DNA of 64,000 bases from Patescibacteria group bacterium (GTDB lineage Bacteria > Patescibacteriota > Minisyncoccia > Phycocordibacterales > PALSA-1337), in NCBI GenBank assembly GCA_038065415.1, contig JBBTRA010000004.1, positions 26,092-90,091 on the forward strand, read 5' to 3'. The notes below the pieces were generated by a model. It was not told the DNA's origin. It did no database searches and saw only the letters and a program-made list of their open reading frames with translations. Both the position numbers and the translations under genes were made by a program. Numbering within the stretch: position 1 is the stretch's first letter; each line of letters begins with the position of its first letter. Below, in pieces: positions 1 to 9,687 of the stretch.

Positions 1-681
1 CCTCTCGGAATCGGTATTGACCGTGTCTATGAAGATATCAAGGAAAAATTTCCTTCGATAGATGTATTCAAGATAGATGCCGACAGCACCAAGACTGATG
101 CACAGATCTCCGCAACTTTGGATAGGTTCAAAACGAAACCTGGCAGCATACTTCTCGGCACAGAGATGACACTCGTACATCTTTCAGAAAAAATAGATCA
201 TATCGCGGTTGCCTCACTCGACTCGCTTTTTGCCCTACCGGATTTCCGTATACAAGAGAAGATCATGCACACCCTCATTCGCCTGCGCGGGTTAGCCAAC
301 AGATCATTCCTAGTACAAACTCGTAAAGCGGAGGAAAAAGTATTCGACTACGGCCTCAAAGGCAACCTGAGTGATTTCTATCGAGCTACCCTTGAGGATC
401 GTAGACAGTTCTCATATCCACCATATTCGACGCTCATCAAGATCACCATCGAAGGAAAGAAGGATCTCATTGCTGCACGCATGGCCGAGGTCCAACGACT
501 CCTCGAGCCTCGTGAGATCGACGTCTTCCCCGCGTTCACCGCTACAGTTCGCGGTAATTCGATCATCCACGGGTTGATCAAGCTTCCACAAGGAGGCTGG
601 CCAAATACTGATTTGCTCGAGAAACTGAGGCAATTGCCACCTGACGTGAAGATCAAAGTAGATCCGGAGAGTCTGTTATAG
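1..681 (+). CDS. priA: Primosomal protein N' (C-terminal part; gene starts before the window)
   Basis: Frame 1 is open from base 1 (PLGIGIDRV...). ILLGT, LVQTR, YPPYS and terminal VDPESLL motifs; located upstream of def-fmt. Confidence 0.85.
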   Translation, partial: PLGIGIDRVYEDIKEKFPSIDVFKIDADSTKTDAQISATLDRFKTKPGSILLGTEMTLVHLSEKIDHIAVASLDSLFALPDFRIQEKIMHTLIRLRGLANRSFLVQTRKAEEKVFDYGLKGNLSDFYRATLEDRRQFSYPPYSTLIKITIEGKKDLIAARMAEVQRLLEPREIDVFPAFTATVRGNSIIHGLIKLPQGGWPNTDLLEKLRQLPPDVKIKVDPESLL

Positions 682-719
682 AAGTATACAATTCTCATTT
701 TTCCTGTTACAGTTTCACC

Positions 720-1253
720 ATGATCCGCGACATCCTCCAGCGCGAGCACCCTACCCTTCGTGGCACTGCCAAAGAAGTGCCCCTTTCTGATATTGGAACC
801 GACAAGATCAACAGCATCATCGCCGACATGGTGGTCACTATGGACAAACAAAAGGACGGAGTAGCAATCGCCGCTCCACAAATTGACATCCCTCTCCGTA
901 TATTCGTGGTTTCAGGAGATCTCCTCAAACAAGCAGACAAAGAGTACAAAGGTCCTGGCGGCAGTCTCGTATTCATCAATCCAACCCTCCTCAAACTTTC
1001 TCGCGAAAAACGAGAACTAGAGGAAGGCTGTCTCTCAGTCCGTTGGCTTTATGGCAAGGTCAAACGTTCTACCAAAGCCACTATTCGCGCATACAACGAA
1101 AAGGGTGAGAAGATTGAGCGCGGCGCGTCAGGTCTCCTGGCACAGATATTCCAGCACGAGACCGACCACCTCAACGGAACTCTTTTCATAGACAAAGCTG
1201 ATCAAATCTGGGAGATGAGTGAGGAAGAGATCAAAGATCTCCAGAATAAGTAG
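720..1253 (+). CDS. def: Peptide deformylase
   Basis: GVAIAAPQI, EGCLS and QHETDHLNG motifs. Confidence 0.97.
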   Translation: MIRDILQREHPTLRGTAKEVPLSDIGTDKINSIIADMVVTMDKQKDGVAIAAPQIDIPLRIFVVSGDLLKQADKEYKGPGGSLVFINPTLLKLSREKRELEEGCLSVRWLYGKVKRSTKATIRAYNEKGEKIERGASGLLAQIFQHETDHLNGTLFIDKADQIWEMSEEEIKDLQNK

Positions 1254-1276
1254 ACCACATAGCACTCACATACCAT

Positions 1277-2152
1277 ATGAACTTTATCTTTTTCGGCTCA
1301 TCACAATTCTCCATATATGTGCTGGATGAGCTTGCGCTGCTCGGCTTCACCCCGACCGCCATCGTTACAACCCCAGACAAACCTCGAGGCAGGAAGCTGA
1401 TCCTGACACCAAATGTGGTCAAGAGTTGGGTGATTCAGCAGAATCATGTTCGGCCGATTCAGCAGAAAATCAAAGTGTATGATCCCGCAAAGATCGACCC
1501 TGCTTTTATCGAAACCTTGAAAAATGATTCTGCAGATGTCTTCATTGTTGCTTCATACGGGAAAATACTCCCAAAGATGCTCATCGAACTTCCGCCACAT
1601 AAAACCTTGAATATCCATCCATCTCTTCTCCCTCAATATCGTGGCGCCTCTCCGTTACAGGCCGCCATCCTCAATGATACTAAATCAACAGGAGTAACCA
1701 TCATGCGAATCGACGAAGAAATGGATCATGGACCAATTGTTGCACAAAAAGATGTCGTGGTAACCGAGTGGCCATCATATGAATCATTCGAGGAAATGAT
1801 GGCACGCGAAGGGGCGAAACTGCTTGCCTCAATCCTTCCTGAATGGGTCGCTCACAAGATACTTGAAAAAGAACAGGATCATGCGCAGGCAACGTATACC
1901 AAGAAAACCAAGAAAGAGGACGGTCTCATAGACCTTTCGGGAGATCCGTATGCAAATTTCAGGAAGATACAGGCGTATCATCAATGGCCCCAAGCATATT
2001 TTTTGATCGACAAAGATGGTGTTCCAATGCGCGTCAAGATAACAGAAGCGTCATTCACCAATGGGACTCTCGTCATAGAAAAAGTCATCCCCGAAGGAGG
2101 AAAGGAGATGAGCTACAAAGATTTCCAGAGCGGATATCTGAACAAAAAATAG
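1277..2152 (+). CDS. fmt: Methionyl-tRNA formyltransferase
   Basis: NIHPSLLPQYRGASP and MDHGPI motifs; follows def. Confidence 0.96.
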   Translation: MNFIFFGSSQFSIYVLDELALLGFTPTAIVTTPDKPRGRKLILTPNVVKSWVIQQNHVRPIQQKIKVYDPAKIDPAFIETLKNDSADVFIVASYGKILPKMLIELPPHKTLNIHPSLLPQYRGASPLQAAILNDTKSTGVTIMRIDEEMDHGPIVAQKDVVVTEWPSYESFEEMMAREGAKLLASILPEWVAHKILEKEQDHAQATYTKKTKKEDGLIDLSGDPYANFRKIQAYHQWPQAYFLIDKDGVPMRVKITEASFTNGTLVIEKVIPEGGKEMSYKDFQSGYLNKK

Positions 2153-2181
2153 AGATCCTGCCAGACAGATAGAATAGTTGA

Positions 2182-2331
2182 TTAGCGATGTATCTGAGCT
2201 TGCTGAGTCTTGTACGCAGCACTCACCGTGTCAACGCTTTGGTTGACATAGTATATGACCGTCCAAAGACACCACGACGCCAGGAATATACCCACCAATG
2301 TTGAATTGACCGGCTGGCGGGCTGATTTCAT
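2182..2331 (-). CDS. Small 49-aa membrane protein (not in the ORF track)
   Basis: Manual translation MKSARQPVNSTLVGIFLASWCLWTVIYYVNQSVDTVSAAYKTQQAQIHR; one hydrophobic segment; fills the gap downstream of hpf. Confidence 0.45.
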   Translation of the reverse strand: MKSARQPVNSTLVGIFLASWCLWTVIYYVNQSVDTVSAAYKTQQAQIHR

Positions 2332-2370
2332 ACTAAAGAACGAGGATGAATTCATCTGATCGAGGGTACT

Positions 2371-2739
2371 TTATTTCCAGGGCCAGAGACCTCTCATCAT
2401 ATCTTTGACGGCCGCTCCTCCCCTGCGGATGCTCGACATATTCTTCTGGCGATGAGACTTGAGCTCCCTGAGCACAGCGTCACGCATCTCGTCTATAGCA
2501 GCATAGAGGTCTTCCTTTTCGCATGCGTGGAATATATTGAGGCCAGCACCGACGATGTGTGCCTCTGCTTTGAATATGTCACCCTTGTTGTGATGGGCAG
2601 TCGTGCGAGCGAGCTCGATATCGCACTGAATAGATGTGTCATCCCCGACGAGCTTTTCTATCTTCTCCATCCTTTTCGAAACATACTCGGATATAGCGTC
2701 GGTCAGTGAGATGTTGGTAGTCTTGATATTTGTATTCAT
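2371..2739 (-). CDS. hpf: Ribosome hibernation promoting factor (RaiA/HPF)
   Basis: LTDAISEYV..R..K and EDLYAAID motifs. Confidence 0.9.
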   Translation of the reverse strand: MNTNIKTTNISLTDAISEYVSKRMEKIEKLVGDDTSIQCDIELARTTAHHNKGDIFKAEAHIVGAGLNIFHACEKEDLYAAIDEMRDAVLRELKSHRQKNMSSIRRGGAAVKDMMRGLWPWK

Positions 2740-2867
2740 GTGGGTATGGTTAGTCCTATTAATCGATCAGCTACCGTACGCTCTCATTATATCAGCTCTT
2801 CGCCCCCAGAGAAACTAGTATGCATATTTTGATTTCGTGTACCCGATGTGGTACATTATCCCCACAT

Positions 2868-2940
2868 TCCGCGGTAGCTCAGCCGGTAGAGCGCCTCGCT
2901 GTTAACGAGGATGTCCCAGGTTCGATCCCTGGCCGCGGAG
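2868..2940 (+). tRNA. tRNA-Asn (GTT)
   Basis: Acceptor stem TCCGCGG/CCGCGGA, D arm GCTCAGCCGGTAGAGC, anticodon arm CTCG-CTGTTAA-CGAG region, T loop GGTTCGATCC; CCA not encoded. Confidence 0.96.
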
Positions 2941-2979
2941 CAGATAGCATTGCCTCAGATTCCTTGGAATACTATACCC

Positions 2980-3309
2980 ATGACACATTTTGTTCCAAAA
3001 ATTGTAACTGCTGTATTCTTGAGTCTTCTCATTAATGCCCCATTTGCCATCGGGGAGTTCCTGACAAGGGAGATCACGGGTCCGCGTGCGTATTTTCCGT
3101 TCAAGCTCATGGTGGGGCTCTGGCTCCACATGGCACTTCTAGTGTTTCTATTGATTCCAATAATCCAAACTTCTAGAGACGGCAGCGCGAGCAAGAAACC
3201 AATCCTCCTCAGCATACGGTTACTCATTCTCGGAATCTTGGCATGGGCCTGGATAACACTAATTATTGATCAGTGGCCCTGTTTTTTCCTTGGGGGTAGT
3301 GGTTGCTAA
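2980..3309 (+). CDS. Hypothetical membrane protein (about 3 TM segments)
   Basis: Hydrophobic segments; start moved to ATG 2980 to avoid overlap with the tRNA. Confidence 0.65.
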   Translation: MTHFVPKIVTAVFLSLLINAPFAIGEFLTREITGPRAYFPFKLMVGLWLHMALLVFLLIPIIQTSRDGSASKKPILLSIRLLILGILAWAWITLIIDQWPCFFLGGSGC

Positions 3310-3399
3310 ATATTGACGCAAACAAATTCATATTGTAATCTGAGTATTAGAATTTGTTGTAGCTTCACTGAAATCTCAACCGATCAAACCTTTGAAAGT

Positions 3400-3945
3400 A
3401 TGAAGACTCCCGTCTTAATTGAACTTGCCATTCAGACCGTTCTCGTCGCATTTGCCGGAGAACTCCGCACAGGACCCTTTTCACTCCCCAGTGCGACACA
3501 TTCGCTACGGGTTGGACTCTCACTCATGAAGTGGGGGTATGAGATCGATGTGTGTTTGGGTGGATTCTTCCATGATGTCGACGAGGACACCTCGCTTAAT
3601 CGAGAATTCATTCGAAATAAATTTGGGGACAGAGCACATTTTTTGATGCTAGCCTGCACCCTTGACCCGACACTTGAAGAAAAGGGTCCCGGGGAAGATG
3701 AGCTGTATCAAAGAGTGATCAAGTATGCAGAAGCGGGAGATCTTGATCCCCTTCGCATTAAATGTGCTGATTCATTTGATAACCTGGGAACAAATGCTTG
3801 TCTAAAGCCGGAGTGGCAAGAACATGCTTTTAAGAAAGGGCTCAACTGGCACGTAGCTGCACTTCGCTTTTTTCCTACAGAGGCTTTAACAAGAGAGCTT
3901 GGTTACCTGCTCCAATGGGAAGCCACAAGGTTAGCGTCAAAATAA
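3400..3945 (+). CDS. Standalone HD-domain hydrolase, RelA/SpoT hydrolase (Mesh1/SAH)-like
   Basis: H-x-x-x-V (HSLRV), FHDVDEDT and IKCADSFDNL motifs of the HD_4 type; start at ATG 3400. Confidence 0.7.
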   Translation: MKTPVLIELAIQTVLVAFAGELRTGPFSLPSATHSLRVGLSLMKWGYEIDVCLGGFFHDVDEDTSLNREFIRNKFGDRAHFLMLACTLDPTLEEKGPGEDELYQRVIKYAEAGDLDPLRIKCADSFDNLGTNACLKPEWQEHAFKKGLNWHVAALRFFPTEALTRELGYLLQWEATRLASK

Positions 3946-3956
3946 AACACTCTGTC

Positions 3957-3991
3957 ACCCGCACTACATCCAAATCGTATGCGGGTTTTTT
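3957..3991 (+). terminator. Rho-independent terminator
   Basis: ACCCGC...GCGGGT stem followed by a T tract. Confidence 0.75.
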
Positions 3992-4156
3992 AATATCCAC
4001 ATTCTAATAAGCCCGCAGAATCGGAGCAGATTTGACTATATTCAAGCATGTGATACTTTTGAATAACTCCATGAGCAGTTGCTTGTGAAGTGTGACTGGC
4101 GTCGTTCGCTTGCTCACCCTGTACCTATAACAATAGAAAAAAGGAAAGGATAGTAT

Positions 4157-4504
4157 ATGGTATACACCAAAGATCGTGTCACGCGAGAGACACTCATGAA
4201 ACTCCTCGCATACAGCCTAGCACCCGAGTGCCAGGTTTTACTGTGTATCAAGCCACCAACCAACATTGTAAACGATGGGGAAATTAAAAAAACCTCTGTC
4301 ATTTCCTTTCAAAAGGTTGAGGAAAAAGTGTTCAAGTTTAGTGGCAAAAAACCTGATGACCAACACCATCGTGCCTTCACAATCAAGGTAGTAGTCGAGG
4401 ATGAACACCTTGAATGGATCGATGACAAAAAAGAAGACACTGTATTGGTTCCCGTCTCATCAGTGATTCTCAATAAAGTGGCTCAAATCTTGAACGCAGG
4501 CTGA
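4157..4504 (+). CDS. Hypothetical protein
   Basis: ORF with an upstream TTGACT..TGATACT promoter-like sequence and a downstream terminator. Confidence 0.55.
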   Translation: MVYTKDRVTRETLMKLLAYSLAPECQVLLCIKPPTNIVNDGEIKKTSVISFQKVEEKVFKFSGKKPDDQHHRAFTIKVVVEDEHLEWIDDKKEDTVLVPVSSVILNKVAQILNAG

Positions 4505-4520
4505 CTAGATTTGTAGAGCG

Positions 4521-4555
4521 CCCGCACTACGTCCAGACTGTAGTGCGGGTTTTTT
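4521..4555 (+). terminator. Rho-independent terminator
   Basis: CCCGCACTAC...GTAGTGCGGG stem followed by T6. Confidence 0.85.
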
Positions 4556-4633
4556 AATACTTAGGTTCTAACTTCCCCACAGATCTGGAGTAAATAACTT
4601 TATCAAACCACTTTAGTTTGATAGCATTAGAGT

Positions 4634-5062
4634 ATGATAATAATAAATCCTTGGATTAACTTCAATGGTAATGCTGAAGAAGCATTTACCTTTTACAAAT
4701 CGGTCTTTGGTGGCGAATTTACAAAAATTACCCGTTTCAAAGACATTGCGAGCGCCGAGGTCCCTGTGGCAGAAAAGGAAGAAAATAAAATTATGCATAT
4801 TACTTTACCTATCAGCAAAGGTAATGTGTTGATCGGGAATGACGTTCCAGAATTTATGGGACCCGTAAATGAAAACGAAAACAGAAGTAAAATCTCAATA
4901 CACACGGAAAGCAAAGAGGAAGCGGACAGATTATTTAATGGGCTTTCTGCAGGTGGAACAGTAGAAGGACCTATGGGTGATAGTCCTTGGGGGTCATATG
5001 CGGGAATGTTTCGAGATAAATATGGTATTGAGTGGTTAATCGAATTTTCTCCTGAGAAATAA
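4634..5062 (+). CDS. VOC/PhnB-family protein
   Basis: FNGNAEEAFTFYKSVFGG, IMH and PWG...DKYGIEW motifs. Confidence 0.9.
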   Translation: MIIINPWINFNGNAEEAFTFYKSVFGGEFTKITRFKDIASAEVPVAEKEENKIMHITLPISKGNVLIGNDVPEFMGPVNENENRSKISIHTESKEEADRLFNGLSAGGTVEGPMGDSPWGSYAGMFRDKYGIEWLIEFSPEK

Positions 5063-5097
5063 AATACAAAATGACCCTGCGTGCAGGGTCATTTTTG

Positions 5098-5529
5098 CTA
5101 CTGGTGATAGAACCATTCCAAGGAAGCTCGAACTTCCCCTGGACTAGCCTTGTGTACTGCATTCAAAAAATAAACAACATCGCCATACTTCACTGTTCCC
5201 AGCCGCCCGAATACATACCGGATCGTATGCGGCTCGCATAGTTCCCCGTCAAAATGTCTGCCAGCCAGATCAAGAAATCTTTCCACCGCAGACTCACCTT
5301 CAAGGATACACACCTCCACCTGCTTACCAGCTGAATGCCGCTTCGCAGCCTCCAAAAGCGGAGAAGCCAAGTCATCTCCATACAAAGCATCTATGTCGGC
5401 TTCGGTAAGTCGTATGATGCGTGACTCGACCAATTTCAGGTCGGAATGTGCGGCAATATAGCCTTTGATATCATTTCTGATTTCAAATGCTTCGGGTTTT
5501 ATAATGAAAAAAGTTTTTTGAATCGGCAT
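5098..5529 (-). CDS. Nucleoside diphosphate kinase-like protein
   Basis: TFFIIKPEA, PHTIR..FG and NAVHKAS (catalytic His); start overlaps the permease stop (TAATG). Confidence 0.8.
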   Translation of the reverse strand: MPIQKTFFIIKPEAFEIRNDIKGYIAAHSDLKLVESRIIRLTEADIDALYGDDLASPLLEAAKRHSAGKQVEVCILEGESAVERFLDLAGRHFDGELCEPHTIRYVFGRLGTVKYGDVVYFLNAVHKASPGEVRASLEWFYHQ

Positions 5530-6296
5530 TATTGTTTCCAAACCAACAATTTCTTCTCGACAAAAACTAGGATGCCGACACATATCACTCCCGCTACAGT
5601 TACGCTAATAAGCGAGGCATACAGCAAACCGGGACGTAATTGGTACATAGCCACAGTTATAAGCTGACCGATGCCCGTCCGAACACCGAGCCATTCGCCG
5701 ATAGTGGCGCCAATAATGCTCGCAGGAATCGCCAATCGCAATGCAGTCAAAAAACCTGGGATCGCTGACGGCAAGAATATCTTGAAGAGCATCTGTTTCT
5801 GCGTGGCATTGAATACGCGCATCACTTCCAAAATATCCTTCGAGACATTTCTGAATGAACTATCCAATCCTACCAAGATAGGAAAATAGCTGATTATCAT
5901 CGAAACAAAGACAATTGAAAACCACGACCCTTGTCCAAATGCCAATATGATCAGCGGCGCAAAACCCACTATCGGAAAGGAATTCATGGCAAAGCTAAAG
6001 GGAAAGCCTATATTCCTGACCGTCGGGAAAAATAGGAAGACAATGGACACAACAAAAGCCAGCAGTATCCCGAGTAATAATCCCCCACCAGCTCGTGCCA
6101 ATGTATACCCCAAATTAGACAGTATGACCCCTCCATCCACCACGAATGTTTTGATGATGGTATGTGGCGACGCAATGAAGAGCTCAATTGAAGTATCGTC
6201 GTTTTCGATGCGATGATAATCTACGGCATTTTCAATCAATTGCCATAAAAAGAGGAAGGCACAGATGAACAAAAAAATGGATAGGGTCTTCTTCAT
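5529..6296 (-). CDS. ABC transporter permease (SsuC/TauC/ThiX type)
   Basis: Multiple TM helices; LPSAIP..LTALR and IGEW...GIG motifs. Confidence 0.9.
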   Translation of the reverse strand: MKKTLSIFLFICAFLFLWQLIENAVDYHRIENDDTSIELFIASPHTIIKTFVVDGGVILSNLGYTLARAGGGLLLGILLAFVVSIVFLFFPTVRNIGFPFSFAMNSFPIVGFAPLIILAFGQGSWFSIVFVSMIISYFPILVGLDSSFRNVSKDILEVMRVFNATQKQMLFKIFLPSAIPGFLTALRLAIPASIIGATIGEWLGVRTGIGQLITVAMYQLRPGLLYASLISVTVAGVICVGILVFVEKKLLVWKQ

Positions 6297-7054
6297 ATAC
6301 TTTTGAGCATATTCCTTACTTTTATCGTCTCTTGAAAAAAACGGGGATCCGTTCTCAGGCGCGCATCGCGTACCAAGGGAAGATCGATAGGAATAATCCC
6401 TACTACGCTTCCTGGTTCAGGCGAAAGAACTACTACCCTATTTGCCAGGAAAACCGCTTCCTCAATGTTATGGGTCACATATACAATTGTGGTTTTCAAT
6501 GCAGATTGGATACGCAGAACCTCTTCATTTAATTTTTCCTTAATCATTTCATCCAGTGCCGCAAACGGTTCATCCATAAGCAACACTCTCGGGTGACATG
6601 CGAGGGCGCACGCGATAGCCGTCCTTTGTTTCATTCCCCCTGAAAGCTCCGAGGGAAAGTAATTTTCAAAACCTTCCAGTGCACACAGTGATACGAGCTC
6701 TTCTACCCGTGAAGCATCGGGGGTGCCTTTGATTTCTAGTGGTAGGCGTATATTCCCGACAACACTCCGGAAAGGAATGAGTGATGGCGACTGCGGCACA
6801 TAGCCGATCAAGCCGGTGATTCGAGCGTGATTTATGCTTCGATTTTCATAAACCACAGACCCTGTGTCCGGAGAAATAATATCCGCAATCATGCGCAAAA
6901 TCGTCGTCTTGCCGCAGCCCGAAGGACCAACAAGCGCAATGATCTCCCCTTCTTGTACACTAAAACTGACATTACTTACACCGACAGCACGAGCACCATT
7001 CTTTTTATACGCCCTGCTCACATTCTTCAGTTCGATAAGGGGGGCGATACTCAT
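6293..7054 (-). CDS. ABC transporter ATP-binding protein (SsuB/TauB type)
   Basis: GPSGCGKT, LSGGMKQR, LLMDEPF and VTHN motifs. Confidence 0.95.
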   Translation of the reverse strand: MSIAPLIELKNVSRAYKKNGARAVGVSNVSFSVQEGEIIALVGPSGCGKTTILRMIADIISPDTGSVVYENRSINHARITGLIGYVPQSPSLIPFRSVVGNIRLPLEIKGTPDASRVEELVSLCALEGFENYFPSELSGGMKQRTAIACALACHPRVLLMDEPFAALDEMIKEKLNEEVLRIQSALKTTIVYVTHNIEEAVFLANRVVVLSPEPGSVVGIIPIDLPLVRDARLRTDPRFFQETIKVRNMLKSI

Positions 7055-8104
7055 CTATTTATATATCGCTTGCAAGATCGAATAGTCAACCAACTCGCTC
7101 AAAGAAGGGGCATGCGGAATCTGGCCCAACTCGGCATATGCCTTAGCAAAATCTGCAACCTGCTTTTCATATATCCAGCCCGGCTTCACTTCATCGAAAA
7201 GCGGCAAGGACTTCCGTATCAGCCATGTTTCCTGTGCTTTATCGAAAGATGGTCCTCCACAACGAGAATCAAGAATATGTTCCGCGGCTTTTTCAGGATT
7301 CGCAACAACGAAGCCGACACCTTTGTTTGTCGCATTCAACCACGCGACAAGGAGTTCTTTCTTTTCACGAATCGTTTTTTCTGAGGCGACAGCGATCATC
7401 GAGGGTTGATCGAACCCTGGAATTTCACTTGAAGATAGGAACGTATATGCGATCCCCGCCTTATCCAACTCATATGCCTGCGTGGTCCAATAACCCGCAA
7501 GTGCATCTACCTGCTTCGACAAAAATGGTGAAGCATCAAAACCGACAATTACGAGCTCAAGTTCCTCAACCGGCACTCCAATGTATTTTGCGATTGCATA
7601 TTGAATAACTGAATCCGCAGTAACACCGATCTTGTATTTACTTCCATCAGGCTTTCTTTTGGCAAAATCTTTGATACTTGTCAGTCCTGAATCCGTACGC
7701 ACCATGAAACCGTACGGATTCTCATTCCAGAAAGCACCAAACACCTTTACCTGTATTTGACCCTCTTGTACAGTTCTCGCCTTACCTCGTATTAGTGGCA
7801 CGAGATCCCCGTCGATACCCAGAGTGATGGAATCATCGAGAGCAACAGCGTTCGTGGCAACAATGAATGATGCGCCCGTCGGTCCGCCCGGAAGAAGCTC
7901 AACGTCCATTCCCGCGTCACGATAATATCCATTTACGATTGCGGAACATACATTGGCGAATTCGCCATTGAGGAGCCATCCTGCCTGAACACGAACCTTG
8001 GCAAGTTCGCTCTTTGGATTACGGTCGACTGAGGTATACGCAATTGCTGCGATAATGAGCACAATGACCACGATAATTGTTATGGACGAATTTTTTTTAT
8101 TCAT
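7055..8104 (-). CDS. ABC substrate-binding protein, NMT1/THI5-like
   Basis: N-terminal TM anchor; W..NGEFA, GYY...GMDV...PGGP and VDALAGY motifs. Confidence 0.85.
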   Translation of the reverse strand: MNKKNSSITIIVVIVLIIAAIAYTSVDRNPKSELAKVRVQAGWLLNGEFANVCSAIVNGYYRDAGMDVELLPGGPTGASFIVATNAVALDDSITLGIDGDLVPLIRGKARTVQEGQIQVKVFGAFWNENPYGFMVRTDSGLTSIKDFAKRKPDGSKYKIGVTADSVIQYAIAKYIGVPVEELELVIVGFDASPFLSKQVDALAGYWTTQAYELDKAGIAYTFLSSSEIPGFDQPSMIAVASEKTIREKKELLVAWLNATNKGVGFVVANPEKAAEHILDSRCGGPSFDKAQETWLIRKSLPLFDEVKPGWIYEKQVADFAKAYAELGQIPHAPSLSELVDYSILQAIYK

Positions 8105-8906
8105 ATTTTTTCAGGGATACATCCCATAAAATGAGGAATGACGGCACAAATCTATCTAAAAATGAAATGAGCTCAGTCTTGTCAGAAATAGGGTTCATGG
8201 CATACTGAAGCGCCTTGGCCATATCACCGGCATATTCAGGATATGCAGTACTGAAAACAGCGTAGCATGTTTCCAAATCTTGTGAATAGACAGGGGTCTC
8301 AAACATGACCAGGCCCAGACCCGATCGCAGCAGCACACGCATATTCCATACACACCAGAATGCAAGGGTTTTTTCTTCTCCTAGATAGGTTTTTTTACCA
8401 TCTCCAGAAATAACATTCCGTAAATCAGCACATTCCTCTCTCAATCCTGCATACATGCGCCGCGCCAAATCTGGACCTGGTTTAACATCAGCAATGTGCA
8501 TGAGAATATCTTCTCCATACGCAATATACGATTGCGTTTTGAGGTATATTTTAAGATTTGAATACTCTTTCGAAGTCAGGATCTGGTCGAGTGTAAGAAC
8601 AGTAATATCAACAAAAGTCACATGGGGATATTTTTTCTCTAGCAGCCGTGCTTCTTGAGAAAACCAGGCGAGTTCCGCGGCGGATACTGAATGATAGACC
8701 ACAATCACTGAATCCAGATCTGAAATTCCAGGAACAGCCCTTCCTACACTGACACTTCCTCGTATATATACACTTCGAAGATTCGTGGTCAGCTTCGTTT
8801 GAGCAAGACTGAGGACATCAGCCACCAATGGAATGTATTCGCCTTGAACTTTATCCGCGCTTGCCTCGTTTATCACACACCCATTTTCATCAATAGGATA
8901 CAGCAT
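8097..8906 (-). CDS. Pol-beta-superfamily nucleotidyltransferase
   Basis: YIRGSV..G.AV.G.SDLD motif (GS..DxD); start at MLYPID. Confidence 0.8.
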   Translation of the reverse strand: MLYPIDENGCVINEASADKVQGEYIPLVADVLSLAQTKLTTNLRSVYIRGSVSVGRAVPGISDLDSVIVVYHSVSAAELAWFSQEARLLEKKYPHVTFVDITVLTLDQILTSKEYSNLKIYLKTQSYIAYGEDILMHIADVKPGPDLARRMYAGLREECADLRNVISGDGKKTYLGEEKTLAFWCVWNMRVLLRSGLGLVMFETPVYSQDLETCYAVFSTAYPEYAGDMAKALQYAMNPISDKTELISFLDRFVPSFLILWDVSLKKYE

Positions 8907-8913
8907 GAGCTGA

Positions 8914-9558
8914 TTAGAGAGTATGTATTCTAGTGTCAGATCCTCGAACCACAATAACCTCACCATCTCTCAGGGTCTTGTAGGGGATTTTTTCTTTTTC
9001 GCAGAACTCAACATACTGATCGACCGCAGAAGATTCAGGATGATCTGATTTGTAATGGACCGCAACTACATAATCAATCAGACCGAGGCCCTGAAGACTG
9101 ATTTCATTTTGATACATAGGCGGCACAATATCCGGATCATCAACGATTTCTACACCCTTCAAAGTAGGTGTGATGACAACAACGGCCGCACTGAAGCCCC
9201 CGTATACGAGCTCATCTTTCTGTACCAAATCAGCAACGATGAGATCGAAGCCACTTTGTTCATATGCGCGTTTCAATACAAAAGAATTTCCACCGTGTAC
9301 CCATACCAATCCGTATTCTTTCATTTGTTGCGCCAGTTCGTCTTTCTTACCAAAATAATTCCTCAAATCAAGCTGTTCAGCAGCAAAACCCAAAGACGCA
9401 AGGCCAGCAATCTGTTTTTCCAGACTTTGGGATACCCGCACCGGGTCACCATAATCGAGAGCGTTCATTATGACAGCTGCCCGTTTGTTGGTACCAACCA
9501 ATTTTACCAGCTCGTCCGTGAAGTTCCCGAACTTATAGGAAGATAAATACAATCTCAT
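8914..9558 (-). CDS. Peptidase E (S51) family
   Basis: GGNSF, YGGFSAA nucleophile elbow, VHY...HPES and LRDGE motifs. Confidence 0.88.
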   Translation of the reverse strand: MRLYLSSYKFGNFTDELVKLVGTNKRAAVIMNALDYGDPVRVSQSLEKQIAGLASLGFAAEQLDLRNYFGKKDELAQQMKEYGLVWVHGGNSFVLKRAYEQSGFDLIVADLVQKDELVYGGFSAAVVVITPTLKGVEIVDDPDIVPPMYQNEISLQGLGLIDYVVAVHYKSDHPESSAVDQYVEFCEKEKIPYKTLRDGEVIVVRGSDTRIHTL

Positions 9559-9687
9559 CGCGTGATTTTATCACAGACCGAAGGTCCAACCTAGCCTCTT
9601 CATATTTGACTTTCTATATATATTGTGTTAATACTTACTCAAACAAGGAGAATCCTTACGATCTTTAACAACAGGAGAAAGCAACCT

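Noticed and set aside
2820-3035. 71-aa ORF over the tRNA
   Set aside because: It is a translation through tRNA-Asn.
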